Below are positions 39,558-49,287 of a DNA stretch of 64,000 bases, one piece after another. The position numbers and the translations under genes were made by a program. Origin of the DNA: an uncultured Planctomycetota bacterium (GTDB lineage Bacteria > Planctomycetota > Planctomycetia > Isosphaerales > Isosphaeraceae); NCBI GenBank assembly GCA_963737655.1, contig CAVTTN010000002.1:5056001-5120000 (forward strand), read 5' to 3'. Within the stretch, counting starts at the first letter, position 1. Every line of letters begins with the position of its first letter. The notes below the pieces were generated by a model that was not told the DNA's origin, searched no databases, and saw only the letters and a list, made by a program, of their open reading frames with translations.

Positions 39558-40710
39558 AAGGATCTCTCGATTCTCGGTTCAGGGCCGATCGGGCGGCGCG
39601 GGCCCGGAGCAGGGCGGTTTCGGGGTCGGGATCGAGGATGGTCAGGTGGCCCATCTTGCGGCCGACCGCGGCGGTCTTCTTGGCGTAGAGGTGGATCTTC
39701 GCGCCCGGGTCGGATTCGAGGGCGTCGGCCCATCGCGGCTCGCCCCGGCTCCAGAGGTCGCCCAGGAGGTTGACCATCGCCGCCGGGCAAACCAGGTCGC
39801 TCGAACCCAGGGGCAGGCCGGCCAGGGCGCGCACCTGCTGCTCGAACTGGCTGGTCACGGCCGCCTCGATCGTCAGGTGGCCCGAGTTGTGCGGCCTCGG
39901 CGCCAGCTCGTTGATCAGCAAATCGCCGTCCGCCTTGAGGAAGAATTCGACGGTCAGGACGCCCACGGTCCCGAGCGCCTCGGCCACTCCCAGGGCGATC
40001 GAGCGGGCTTGCTGGGCCACCGCCGGGCCGACCGTCGCGGGCGAGACCGTGGCGTCGAGGATGTGCCGGTCGTGCTGGTTCCGGCAGACCGGATACGCGA
40101 CCGAGCAGCCGTCGTGGCCCCGGGCGACGACCACCGAGCACTCCCCGGCGAACTCGACGAACCCCTCCGCCACGCTCGCCACCCGGCCCAGGCTTGACCA
40201 GGCCGAGAGGGCGTCGCGCGGGTCGTCCACCCGGATCTGCCCCTTGCCGTCGTAGCCCGACGCGGCCGTCTTGAGGATCATCGGCGCGCCGAGGTCGCGG
40301 ACCGCCAGGTCCAGCTCCTCGTCCGACCGCACCGGCCGCCACGGGGCGAGCGCGAACCCGCATCCGGCGAGGAACGTCTTCTCGCGGAGCCGGTTCTGGC
40401 TGACCCAGACCGTCCGCCAGCCCGGCCGGACGACCTTCTTCCGGGCCAGCCACCGCAGGGCCGGCGCCGAGACGTTCTCGAACTCGACGGTGATCGCCTG
40501 GGCCATCTCGGCGAGCAAGCGAAGGGCCGGGAGCGAGTCGGGCGGGGCCACCAGGACCTCGTGGGCGATCTGGGCCGCGGGGGCGTCGAGCGTCGGGCTG
40601 AGCACGACGGTTCGATAGCCCAGGCGATGGGCCGCGACCAGGAACATCCGGCCCAGTTGCCCTCCGCCGATCACGCCGAGGGTCGCCGGGGGCAAGATCG
40701 GCCCGGTCAT
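39556..40710 (-). CDS. purK: N5-carboxyaminoimidazole ribonucleotide synthase
   Basis: [32 protein letters not shown] and RKMGH. Confidence 0.96.
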   Translation of the reverse strand: MTGPILPPATLGVIGGGQLGRMFLVAAHRLGYRTVVLSPTLDAPAAQIAHEVLVAPPDSLPALRLLAEMAQAITVEFENVSAPALRWLARKKVVRPGWRTVWVSQNRLREKTFLAGCGFALAPWRPVRSDEELDLAVRDLGAPMILKTAASGYDGKGQIRVDDPRDALSAWSSLGRVASVAEGFVEFAGECSVVVARGHDGCSVAYPVCRNQHDRHILDATVSPATVGPAVAQQARSIALGVAEALGTVGVLTVEFFLKADGDLLINELAPRPHNSGHLTIEAAVTSQFEQQVRALAGLPLGSSDLVCPAAMVNLLGDLWSRGEPRWADALESDPGAKIHLYAKKTAAVGRKMGHLTILDPDPETALLRARAARSALNRESRDP

Positions 40711-41219
40711 TCGGGCGTCTCCGCCACGCCCTCGGTCTGCTCGCGGCGAAATGTCGCCAACGCCTCGCGGATCGCCGGGTCTCGCCTCGCCAGGATCGCC
40801 GCCGCGAGCAAGGCGGCATTCGCCGCGCCCGCCGGGCCGATCGCCAGCGTCCCCACCGGGATCCCCTTCGGCATCTGGACGATCGACAGGAGCGAATCGA
40901 CGCCTCGCAACGCCTGGCTCTCGACCGGCACGCCCAGGACCGGCAACAACGTGACGGCGGCGAGCATCCCCGGCAGGTGGGCCGCGCCGCCGGCCCCGGC
41001 GATCAGCACTTCCAGGCCGCGAGACTCGGCCTCCCGGCCGTAGGACATCAGCCGATCGGGCGTCCGATGCGCCGAGACGACCCGCGATTCGTGGGCGATC
41101 CCCAGGGCGTGGAGCATCTCCGACGCCGCCCGGAGGGTCTCCCAGTCCGACCGGCTGCCCATGACCACCCCGACCCGGGGCCCGACCTGATCCGCCATCC
41201 CGATCCCCTCGCCGCTCAT
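40707..41219 (-). CDS. purE: N5-CAIR mutase
   Basis: [25 protein letters not shown] and VQMPKGIPV. Confidence 0.96.
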   Translation of the reverse strand: MSGEGIGMADQVGPRVGVVMGSRSDWETLRAASEMLHALGIAHESRVVSAHRTPDRLMSYGREAESRGLEVLIAGAGGAAHLPGMLAAVTLLPVLGVPVESQALRGVDSLLSIVQMPKGIPVGTLAIGPAGAANAALLAAAILARRDPAIREALATFRREQTEGVAETPE

Positions 41220-41236
41220 CTCAATCTCATCTCATC

Positions 41237-41686
41237 TCAGGCCACCACCGGGTCGCCCACCCGGATTGTACCACCCGAGACGATTCGCGCCCGCAACCCG
41301 CCCCGGTCGGCGAACCCCTTCAGCACTCCGGGCCGGGTCAGGCGTTCGAGATGCTGGCAGGGATGGCACGGCTCGACGCCTCGCAACGTCGCCTCGCCGA
41401 CCCGGAATTCCTTCCCGACCAGGCCATTCAGCCCGACCCCGCGAGTCACCACGTTCCTCCGGGTCTCGTCGATGCCGAACGGCAGTCCGGTCTCCTCGCG
41501 GAACGCCTCGATCGCCTCGATTTCGACCAGGGTGATCTCCTGTTCGGGGTTCAAGCCGCCGTCTTCTCGGAAATAGGTATCCCCTTCCAGCCCCCGGCCC
41601 GACTCGGCCCGGACTTCCTCCACCGAGGTCATCGGCCCGGCCTTCTTCGAGTGCAGAAAAACGGCCACGACGGCGGGAGAACTCAT
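41237..41686 (-). CDS. MOSC domain protein
   Basis: GLEGD, RRNVVTRG, C.PC..LE and GGLRARI..GG.I.VGD. Confidence 0.88.
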   Translation of the reverse strand: MSSPAVVAVFLHSKKAGPMTSVEEVRAESGRGLEGDTYFREDGGLNPEQEITLVEIEAIEAFREETGLPFGIDETRRNVVTRGVGLNGLVGKEFRVGEATLRGVEPCHPCQHLERLTRPGVLKGFADRGGLRARIVSGGTIRVGDPVVA

Positions 41687-41799
41687 GGCGGTCGGCTCCG
41701 AATCCGAGAGGTGCGAACGTTCTTCGCGGATCAGACCGATTCTAGCACGAGCGGGTTCGCCCGGGAGCCACGCAACGCAACGGCCCGGCCTCTCCTTCC

Positions 41800-41886
41800 C
41801 GGGTGGCATGCTTACGTCCGCGTCAGCATGTCTTCGGTCACGCCCGAATCGAAGACATGCTGACGCGGACGTAAGCATGCGACCCC
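41800..41886. repeat. Family B REP-like doublet
   Basis: GGGTGGCATGCTTACGTCCGCGTCAGCATGTCTTCG and its inverted arm. Confidence 0.88.
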
Positions 41887-42102
41887 GGGCGCATCCTGGG
41901 CGTTCGAGACCCTTCGACGCGGGCCCAGCGGCTCGAAACCGGCCCGCGGTTCCTGGCAATCCGGCGCCGGGCCGCGTATCCTGGGAGGGTCGATTTTGGG
42001 CCTCTCGTCGAGCCTCCCTCCTCCGACGGCCGATCGTCGCCCGCCCTTTTCGGCGTCCTCCGCCTCGCCGCTTCGCTCGCCCCGCCTCCTGGAGCCCTCG
42101 CC

Positions 42103-44301
42103 ATGATCCCGCCGCGATGTCTTGCCGGTCCGCTGGTTCTTGCCCTGTGTTGCGCGGCGATCCGGGCCGATGAGCCCCAGAAGCCCACGGCGACGGCCTC
42201 GGAGAAGAACCCGGCGGTCCCCGCCGCCGGGCACTCGGTCCACGGCGAGGCGTTCGACGACGGCCCCCGTCAGCAGGCGTATCTGAAGGAGGGCCAGGGG
42301 AAGGTCGATTTCTCCGCGACGACCGCGACGCCCGAGGCCCTCGCGTTCCTCAACCAGGGCGTGGCCCAGCTCCATTCGTTCTACTACCTCGAAGCCGAGC
42401 GATCCTTCCGCCAGGCCGCGAAGCTCGACCCGGGCTGCGCGATGGCCTACTGGGGGATGGCGATGGCCAACGTGAACAACCCCAAGAGGGCCCGCGGCTT
42501 CCTCCAGGAGGCCAGGAAGAAGGCCGACGCGGGGAAGGTCACGCCTCGCGAGCGGCTCTATCTCGACGCCCTCTCGGCCCTCTACCCGGCGAATAATGTG
42601 AACAAGCCGGGATATCTCTCGGGGATGGAAGCGATCGTCCAGGACTTCCCCGAAGACCTCGACGCCCGTGCCTGGCTCGCCCAGGCCATGTGGGAGAGCA
42701 ACAACGTGGGGTCCGCCCGGAAGGCCGTGGACGTCCTGCTCGAATCGGTCGAGCGCGGCAACCCGATGCATCCCGGGGCGCATCATTACCGCATCCATCT
42801 GTGGGACGGCACCAACCCCGCCCGCGCGGAGAGGTCGGCCGGCACCTATGCGAAGACCGCCCCGGGCATCGCCCACGCCTGGCACATGCCCGGTCATACC
42901 TATACGGGCCTGAAGCGATATGCCGACGCCGCCTATCAGCAGGAAGGCTCGGCGAGGGTCGATCACGCCGCGATGCTCCGCGATCGGATCATGCCCTTCG
43001 AAATTCACAATTATGCTCATAACAACCAATGGCTCGCCACCAGCCTGAGCCACGTCGGCCGGGCCCGGGACGCCATCGCCGTGGCGAAGAACCTCGTCGA
43101 CCAGCCCCGGGACCCCCAGAAGAACGGCAAGAACGACGGCGGATCGCCCCAGCGCAGCGGACGGGCCCGGTGGTCCGAGGTCCTCGTCCGCTACGAACTC
43201 TGGGATGACCTGATCGCCGCGACCGAATCGGGCGACCTGGACTGGTCGGACGTCCCCCAGGAGAGGCGCGAGAAGGCGTACACGCTCGGCCTGGCCCATG
43301 CCGCGAAGGGCGACAAGGCGAAGCTCGCCCAGCAGGTCGAGGCGCTCCGAGGCCTCGAAGGGCCGAAGCCCGCCAACCCCCCGGCCGGGGCGAAGCCGCC
43401 GGTCTCTCCCGAGATGGCCGAGCTCGAAGGATATCAGAAGCTCCTGAACGACGACGTGGCGGGCGCCTTCGAGTCGTTCGGCAAGGCCACCAGGATGAGG
43501 GGCGAATCGCTGGCCAGGGCCCACGTCGCGGCCCGGAATTTCGGGATGGCGCCGTCGGTCGCGAGGAAGGCCGTCGAGGACGATCCCAACCAGGTCGTCC
43601 CGCTCGCCTCGGCCGTCGAGATCCTCCAGCTTTGCGGCCGGACGAAGGAGGCCCAGGAGCTTTACCGCAAGCTCGAGCCGCTGGCCCGCCACGCCGACCG
43701 CGACACGCCGGTCTTCCGCAGGCTGGCCTCGATCGTGGCCTCGTGGAGCGGCCCGGAATGGTCGGGCGCGGCGGCGAAGCCCGAGACGGCCGACCCGTCC
43801 GAGACGAAGGCCGACCTCGCCCCCCTCGGCCCGCTGACCTGGGCCCCCTGCCCCGCCGGGCCGATCGACCGGCCCGACACCGAGGGCAAGCCCTGGCGCC
43901 TTGCCGACCAGAAAGGCAAGAATGTGCTCGTTCTCTTCTATTTGGGGAACAAGTGCGCCCATTGCATGCAACAACTGGAGATGGTCGGCAAGGAGGTCGA
44001 GAATTTCAAGAAGCTCAATACCGAGGTCGTGGCGATCGGCACCGACGACCTCGCCGCGGCGAAGGCGCTCAAGGCCAACCAGGACGGCATCAAGTTCCCC
44101 ATGCCGTTCGTGGCCGACCCGGGCCTCGACCTGTTCCGCGCCTATCGGGCCTTCGACGACTTCGAGAACGCCCCGATGCACGGGACTTTCCTGATCGACT
44201 CCCGGGGCGGAGTCCGGTTCCAGAGGGTCGGGCCCGAGCCGTTCCTCGACGTGGAATTCCTCAAGGCCGAGGCCGCGAGGATCTCGCGATTGGCGAGATG
44301 A
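42103..44301 (+). CDS. Exported TPR-like protein with C-terminal peroxiredoxin/thioredoxin-like domain
   Basis: Signal peptide; QGVAQLHSFYY.EA.RSF, HPGAHHY.IH, HMPGH; C-terminal FYLG..CAHC and HGTFLID. Confidence 0.85.
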   Translation: MIPPRCLAGPLVLALCCAAIRADEPQKPTATASEKNPAVPAAGHSVHGEAFDDGPRQQAYLKEGQGKVDFSATTATPEALAFLNQGVAQLHSFYYLEAERSFRQAAKLDPGCAMAYWGMAMANVNNPKRARGFLQEARKKADAGKVTPRERLYLDALSALYPANNVNKPGYLSGMEAIVQDFPEDLDARAWLAQAMWESNNVGSARKAVDVLLESVERGNPMHPGAHHYRIHLWDGTNPARAERSAGTYAKTAPGIAHAWHMPGHTYTGLKRYADAAYQQEGSARVDHAAMLRDRIMPFEIHNYAHNNQWLATSLSHVGRARDAIAVAKNLVDQPRDPQKNGKNDGGSPQRSGRARWSEVLVRYELWDDLIAATESGDLDWSDVPQERREKAYTLGLAHAAKGDKAKLAQQVEALRGLEGPKPANPPAGAKPPVSPEMAELEGYQKLLNDDVAGAFESFGKATRMRGESLARAHVAARNFGMAPSVARKAVEDDPNQVVPLASAVEILQLCGRTKEAQELYRKLEPLARHADRDTPVFRRLASIVASWSGPEWSGAAAKPETADPSETKADLAPLGPLTWAPCPAGPIDRPDTEGKPWRLADQKGKNVLVLFYLGNKCAHCMQQLEMVGKEVENFKKLNTEVVAIGTDDLAAAKALKANQDGIKFPMPFVADPGLDLFRAYRAFDDFENAPMHGTFLIDSRGGVRFQRVGPEPFLDVEFLKAEAARISRLAR

Positions 44302-44373
44302 TCGCGGGTCGCGGAGGCGGGACAGGCCGCATCCGCGTCCGGGGGACGGAATCCAGACGAGTCGGATCGAAGC

Positions 44374-44389
44374 CGGCATATCGATTGCG
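44374..44389 (+). promoter_or_regulatory. Putative sigma54 -24/-12 promoter
   Basis: CGGCATATCGATTGCG (GG-N10-GC with TTGC), about 50 bp before the ATG at 44440. Confidence 0.6.
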
Positions 44390-44439
44390 TCATGTCTCCT
44401 CGCGAACCCATCTCCTCTCCCTTCCGCGAGGACAGGACC

Positions 44440-44967
44440 ATGTCGGATAAGCTGAATCGCAGGGATGAAGAAGTCGTGACCGGCGGCGACGCGAACCTCG
44501 ACCCGATCAGCGGGGAGCCCGGCGCGCACCCGGTCGGCGTGGGACTGGGCGCGGCCGGCGCCGGAGCGGCCGGAGCGGCGATCGGCTCGTTCGCCGGCCC
44601 GGTCGGCACGGCGGTCGGAGCGGTCGTCGGCGCGGTGGCGGGCGGCCTGGCCGGCAAGGGCATGGCCGAGGCGATCGACCCGACCGCCGAGGACGCCTAC
44701 TGGCGGGACAACTACCGCGATCGCCCCTACGTCAACCAGGGCGAGAGCTACGACGACTTCGCCCCCGCCTATCGCCACGGCTGGGAGGCCCGATCCCGCT
44801 ACGCCGGCCGCTCCTTCGACGAGGTCGAGACCGACCTCGGCCGAGAGTGGGACCAGTCCGAGCACAAGCTCCGAATGGGCTGGGACCGCGCCCGCCACGC
44901 CACCCGAGACGCCTGGCAGCGCGTCGAGGACACCGTCCCCGGCAACCACGGGACGCTCACCCGCTGA
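44440..44967 (+). CDS. Glycine-zipper stress-type protein
   Basis: DPISGEPGAHPVG, glycine zipper, EDAYWR..Y and W..AR.A.RDAW. Confidence 0.82.
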   Translation: MSDKLNRRDEEVVTGGDANLDPISGEPGAHPVGVGLGAAGAGAAGAAIGSFAGPVGTAVGAVVGAVAGGLAGKGMAEAIDPTAEDAYWRDNYRDRPYVNQGESYDDFAPAYRHGWEARSRYAGRSFDEVETDLGREWDQSEHKLRMGWDRARHATRDAWQRVEDTVPGNHGTLTR

Positions 44968-44994
44968 GACCGGACGGACCGGGCCGATCCCCAG

Positions 44995-45047
44995 AACGGT
45001 GTCAGATCCGCTTTCCCCCGGGGAAAATCGATCTGACACCGTTTTTT
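44995..45047 (+). terminator. Hairpin with T tract; resembles the GGGGTCAG repeat family
   Basis: AACGGTGTCAGATC...GATCTGACACCGTT followed by Ts. Confidence 0.6.
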
Positions 45048-45131
45048 GCCCCTCTCGACTCGGCCTGCGATCGGATACGATGTCTCTCCCGGCCGTCCCC
45101 CCTCCGTTCAGGCCCGCCGAGAGAGGCCGCG

Positions 45132-46904
45132 ATGCCCTGGATCCCTCATTTCCTGGTCCTGGATGATGACCCTCGCGTCCTCGATTCGCTGGTCCCGGGC
45201 GTGGCGCTGGACCTGGCCCGGCGGCTCGGCGCGTCTCCGGGGTTCGGGGGCTTGCTCCGTCGTGATCCGGGGGACGCCGGGGCGCCGGTCCATCTGAGGG
45301 TCACGGCCCACGGCTACGAGAGCGACCGCCTGGCCGGGTTTCGCCACCGGAGCCCGGTCCAGGCCCATTTGCACCTGGTCCGCGAGCGAGGGGGCCGGTT
45401 CGACCTGGCGAGGAAGCTCCTGAACGAGCAGGTCTTCGCCGTGGTCGTCTCGGACTTGCGGTTCTCCGAGGAGGCCGGCGGCCAGCGAGCCGGTCAGCTC
45501 TTCATCGACGAGGTGGGCCGGGTCCATCCCCACTCGCGGACGCTCCTGTACTCGGCCTATCCGCGCCCCGAGGGCTTCCCCGCCGATCGGTTCGTCCGCA
45601 AGGGGGGCGAGCCGGCGGGCGGCCTGGCCGAGGCGATCGCCCGGGCCTTCGAGGCCGCGCTGGCGGACCCGGCCGTCTTCGCCTTCGCCGAGGCGATCGC
45701 CGACCAGGGCCTGGTCTACCAGTCCGACGCCTTCGGGACGACCCTCGCGCAAATCTTCGCCCTGTCGCGGCTGATGGGCCACTCGGCCAACGCCCCGGGC
45801 CCGGCCAACGGCCCGGCCCGGGCCCGCCGCCCCCTGCCCTGCCTGCTCCTGGACGGCGAGAGCGGCACGGGCAAGCGAGGGCTCGCCGAGGTCTTCCGGG
45901 CCGCCAGCGACCGCCGAGCCGACAAGATGCCGGTCGCCTCGTGCAACGAGCTCACCAACGAGACCCTCCTCCGCTCGATCCTCTTCGGCCACAAGCGAGG
46001 CGCGTTCACCGACGCGAGGGAGGACCGCCCCGGCCTGGTCGCCTCGGCCGGGCGCGGCACGGTCCTCCTGGACGACTTCCACCGCCTCCCCCCGGCCTGC
46101 TCGGCGATCCTCCACTCGTTCCTCGAAGACGGCGAGTTCAGCCGGCTCGGCGAGGAGGAAATCCGCCGCCACGCCGAGTGCGCCGTGGTCCTCACCGTCG
46201 AGACCGGCCCGTGGGCCGAACGGAGGCGCTCGGGCGAGCTCCCCCCGGCGTTCCTCGCCCGGGTCGAGCGGCTCCCGGTCCTCGTCCCGCCCTTGAGGCA
46301 GAGGCCCGAGGACGTGGCCGCCCAGGCCCAATGGCTGGCTCGGGCCGTCTCCGGCGAGCTGGGGGCGGGCGTCGAGCTCTCGGCCGACGCGATCGAGCAC
46401 CTCAAGGCCCAGCCGTTCGCCGACAGCAACAGCCGGGAGCTCCGCAACGCGATCGAACGGGCGATCTACGGCCATTACCGCGAGACGGACACCCTGGAAT
46501 GGTCGCACCTGCAACCGTTCTTCTCCGGGGCCGCCGCCGCGCCCGCCTCGTCGCCGAAGCCCTCGAAGGCCGAGGCCGCGCCGTCTCCCGTGCCGAACGA
46601 GTGGCAACGGCGTCTCCGGGCGCTGGCGGCCAAGATCCTGGCCAAGGGGCTGGCGATCGGCGCCGAGGAGGCCCAGGAACTCGCCTCCCACCTGTTCGAC
46701 GAGGCGTTGCCGCTGTCGTGGGCCTCGATCGAGGCCGCCCGGGCGGCCCGGCCCGACGCCCCGCCGATCCCCCTGCCGGTCTGGGAAGACCTCTGGCGAT
46801 GCTTCGCCGTCAGTTGGCTCGGCGGCCCCTCCCCGGCCGAGAAGACGCTGGGAATCCCCGCGAACACGATGAGGCAATGGATCAACGACCGGGAATCGCG
46901 GTGA
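45132..46904 (+). CDS. Atypical sigma54-interacting AAA+ regulator with divergent receiver domain
   Basis: GESGTGKR, LFGHKRGAFTDA, LLDDF, PPLRQRPED, RELRNAIERA and C-terminal HTH. Confidence 0.85.
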   Translation: MPWIPHFLVLDDDPRVLDSLVPGVALDLARRLGASPGFGGLLRRDPGDAGAPVHLRVTAHGYESDRLAGFRHRSPVQAHLHLVRERGGRFDLARKLLNEQVFAVVVSDLRFSEEAGGQRAGQLFIDEVGRVHPHSRTLLYSAYPRPEGFPADRFVRKGGEPAGGLAEAIARAFEAALADPAVFAFAEAIADQGLVYQSDAFGTTLAQIFALSRLMGHSANAPGPANGPARARRPLPCLLLDGESGTGKRGLAEVFRAASDRRADKMPVASCNELTNETLLRSILFGHKRGAFTDAREDRPGLVASAGRGTVLLDDFHRLPPACSAILHSFLEDGEFSRLGEEEIRRHAECAVVLTVETGPWAERRRSGELPPAFLARVERLPVLVPPLRQRPEDVAAQAQWLARAVSGELGAGVELSADAIEHLKAQPFADSNSRELRNAIERAIYGHYRETDTLEWSHLQPFFSGAAAAPASSPKPSKAEAAPSPVPNEWQRRLRALAAKILAKGLAIGAEEAQELASHLFDEALPLSWASIEAARAARPDAPPIPLPVWEDLWRCFAVSWLGGPSPAEKTLGIPANTMRQWINDRESR

Positions 46905-46943
46905 GAGGCGCGGCGATGGAGGCCCGCGGACGCATGAAAACGT

Positions 46944-47795
46944 TTACGCCCCGCATTCCTTCGCCGCGACGATCTTCGTATAGGCGATGCGGAACCCTCG
47001 CCTCTCGGCGGTCCTCTGCGAGGCGCTGCCCGGCTTCGCCCCCATCACGGCGAGGTCGCACCCGAGGGCGCGGGCGAGCTTCAACCGTCCGTCGAACAGG
47101 GCCGAATGGACGCCTCGGCGACGGAAGTTCGGGTCGGTCGCGGCCCCGGCCAGCATCGCGACGCCGTCGTGAATCAGCAGGCTCCCTCCGCCCGCCGCGT
47201 CGCCCTCGACGCGTCCCAGGAGCATGGTCCCGCACCTCATCCGAAGCATCGCGGCGAACATCTCGCGGGACTCGTCGGTGAGGACGCCCCCCTCGGCGAA
47301 GCTCGGGCCGACCGCGTTGATGTAAACCGCCTCCTCCCCTTCCGAGAGCGGGCGGACCTCGACGCCCGGCACCTCCGGCGGACGGGGATCGTCGGCCCTC
47401 AAGGTCTTCACCGTCGTGTTCTCGAACTCCGAGACGCCATAGCCCCGACGTCGGAGGAGCGAGGCGAGCGACTCATCGGCCAGGGGGCAGACCACGACGC
47501 GGGCCGTCGCCCCCCGGGAGAAGTAAACCTCCTCCAATCGGTCCAGGTCGGCGTCGGTCACCGGGCCGTCGAGCCCCAGCCCGGTGGCCTGGGACATCGG
47601 CGACCCAATTCCCGCGAAAATCGCCACGCCATCGGCCACCGGAACGACCAAGGAGCCCGTCGTCGGCACGATCTCGGCCAGGGCCCGAGCGAATTCGGAC
47701 TCGATGGCCACCGCGGCCCGTTCAAGGCGGCGGGCCAGGTCCAGGTCGGCGTGGATCAAGGGAGGTTCCTCGGCGAGATCGCGAGACGAAGCCAT
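46944..47795 (-). CDS. GNAT family N-acetyltransferase
   Basis: AATDPNFRRRGVHSAL and S.SQR.AERRGF motifs. Confidence 0.85.
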   Translation of the reverse strand: MASSRDLAEEPPLIHADLDLARRLERAAVAIESEFARALAEIVPTTGSLVVPVADGVAIFAGIGSPMSQATGLGLDGPVTDADLDRLEEVYFSRGATARVVVCPLADESLASLLRRRGYGVSEFENTTVKTLRADDPRPPEVPGVEVRPLSEGEEAVYINAVGPSFAEGGVLTDESREMFAAMLRMRCGTMLLGRVEGDAAGGGSLLIHDGVAMLAGAATDPNFRRRGVHSALFDGRLKLARALGCDLAVMGAKPGSASQRTAERRGFRIAYTKIVAAKECGA

Positions 47796-47827
47796 GTTGA
47801 GCGGGTCGGAGGGCGGTTGTCGCATTC

Positions 47828-47914
47828 TGGGTGGCATGCTTACGGAGACGTAAGCATGTCTTCGGCCAGGCCCGAACCGAGGACATGCTTACGGAGACGT
47901 AAGCATGCCACCCA
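47828..47914. repeat. Family B REP-like doublet
   Basis: TGGGTGGCATGCTTACGGAGACGTAAGCATGTC...CATGCCACCCA. Confidence 0.9.
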
Positions 47915-48137
47915 ACCTCGGCGAGATGGCCGGACGAGGCCCGCGAGCGACGACACGAGAGCCGGCGATCGGGTTCGGGTCCCGGCCTCAAATCCGGCAC
48001 CTTCGGCGAACCGGTCCCGTCGGGGCCATTCCGTCGATTTTCCGATTTGACTGGATCGAGGGCGGGCGCACCATCGTTGGAGGCCGCGATCCGGCGGGCT
48101 TCGACCGTTCGACACCTCCCGAGAGGCCGCGCCGACC

Positions 48138-49121
48138 ATGCCCCGCACCCCCGGACGCCCCGGGCCCGCCGGTCGAAGGCGGGCCGAGCCGCGATGCGAT
48201 CCCCTGGAACCGCGCCACCTGCTCTCCGCCCGGTTCGGCCATGCCCCGATCGTCCACGCCCAGGCCGCTTCGGCCCAGGGCGGGCGGATCGTCCGCGACG
48301 TGGTCTATCAGGACGCCCCGGACCCGGTCGAGCGGCTCGACCTGATCGAGCCGGCCGGGACGCCGCCCCCGGGCGGCTGGCCCGTGGTCGTCGCCATCCA
48401 CGGCGGAGGCTGGCGACGGTTCGACAAGACCGAATATGAGCCGACCGTCGCGCCTCTCGCCCGGGACGGCTATCTCGTCGTGGCGCCGAACTACCCGCTT
48501 TCGGGGCCGGGCTCGCCCTCGTGGCCGGCGAACTTCGAGGCCGTCCGGGACGCCGTGAGATGGGTCCGCGACCACACCTCGGCGATCGGCGCCGACCCGA
48601 ATCGGATCGCGACGATGGGCGAATCGGCCGGGGGGCACCTCGCGGCCCTGCTCGGGACCTATCCCGACGGCCCGGTGAATCCCGAATCGCCGGCGACCGC
48701 GACCGGCTCGGCCGATCCGGGCACCTCGGCCCGGGTCCAGGCGGTCGTGGACTTCTTCGGCCCGACGGACCTCGCCGCCCTTTCCCGAACCAGCCGGCTC
48801 GCGGCGGGGCCGATCCGCCACATGCTCGGCGCCGATCCCTCGAGCGACCCGGGCCGGGCCGCCGCCGCCTCGCCCGTCTCGTTCGTCTCGCCCGACGACC
48901 CGCCGACGCTGATCTTCCAGGGGACGGCCGACCCCATCGTCACCCCGTCGCAATCCACCGAGTTCGCCGACGCCCTGACGGCCGCCGGGGTGCCGAACCG
49001 GCTGATCCGCATCCCGGGAGCCGGCCACGGATTCGGCCTCTCGGCCGGGGGGCGGGACCTCCTCGGGACCATCGAGCGGTTCCTCGCCTCGGCCATGCCG
49101 GCGAAGTCGGGCGGGTCGTGA
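48138..49121 (+). CDS. Alpha/beta hydrolase (HSL-like esterase) with planctomycete LEPRxLL leader
   Basis: PLEPRHLLS leader, HGGGW, GESAGG, G.AD and AGHG. Confidence 0.88.
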   Translation: MPRTPGRPGPAGRRRAEPRCDPLEPRHLLSARFGHAPIVHAQAASAQGGRIVRDVVYQDAPDPVERLDLIEPAGTPPPGGWPVVVAIHGGGWRRFDKTEYEPTVAPLARDGYLVVAPNYPLSGPGSPSWPANFEAVRDAVRWVRDHTSAIGADPNRIATMGESAGGHLAALLGTYPDGPVNPESPATATGSADPGTSARVQAVVDFFGPTDLAALSRTSRLAAGPIRHMLGADPSSDPGRAAAASPVSFVSPDDPPTLIFQGTADPIVTPSQSTEFADALTAAGVPNRLIRIPGAGHGFGLSAGGRDLLGTIERFLASAMPAKSGGS

Positions 49122-49287
49122 GCGAACCCTCGCCCGATCCTTGGCCGCCCCCTTCGGCGATCGGAACCGGGCGATCCGCACCGGGCAACCTCCAGCGTCC
49201 CCAGACGGAAACGGCCCCTGAGATCGGGCCGGGCCCGGCGACGCCGGAGGGCGTCGCCGGGCCTTCGCGGGGGGAGGGGCCGGGCGA

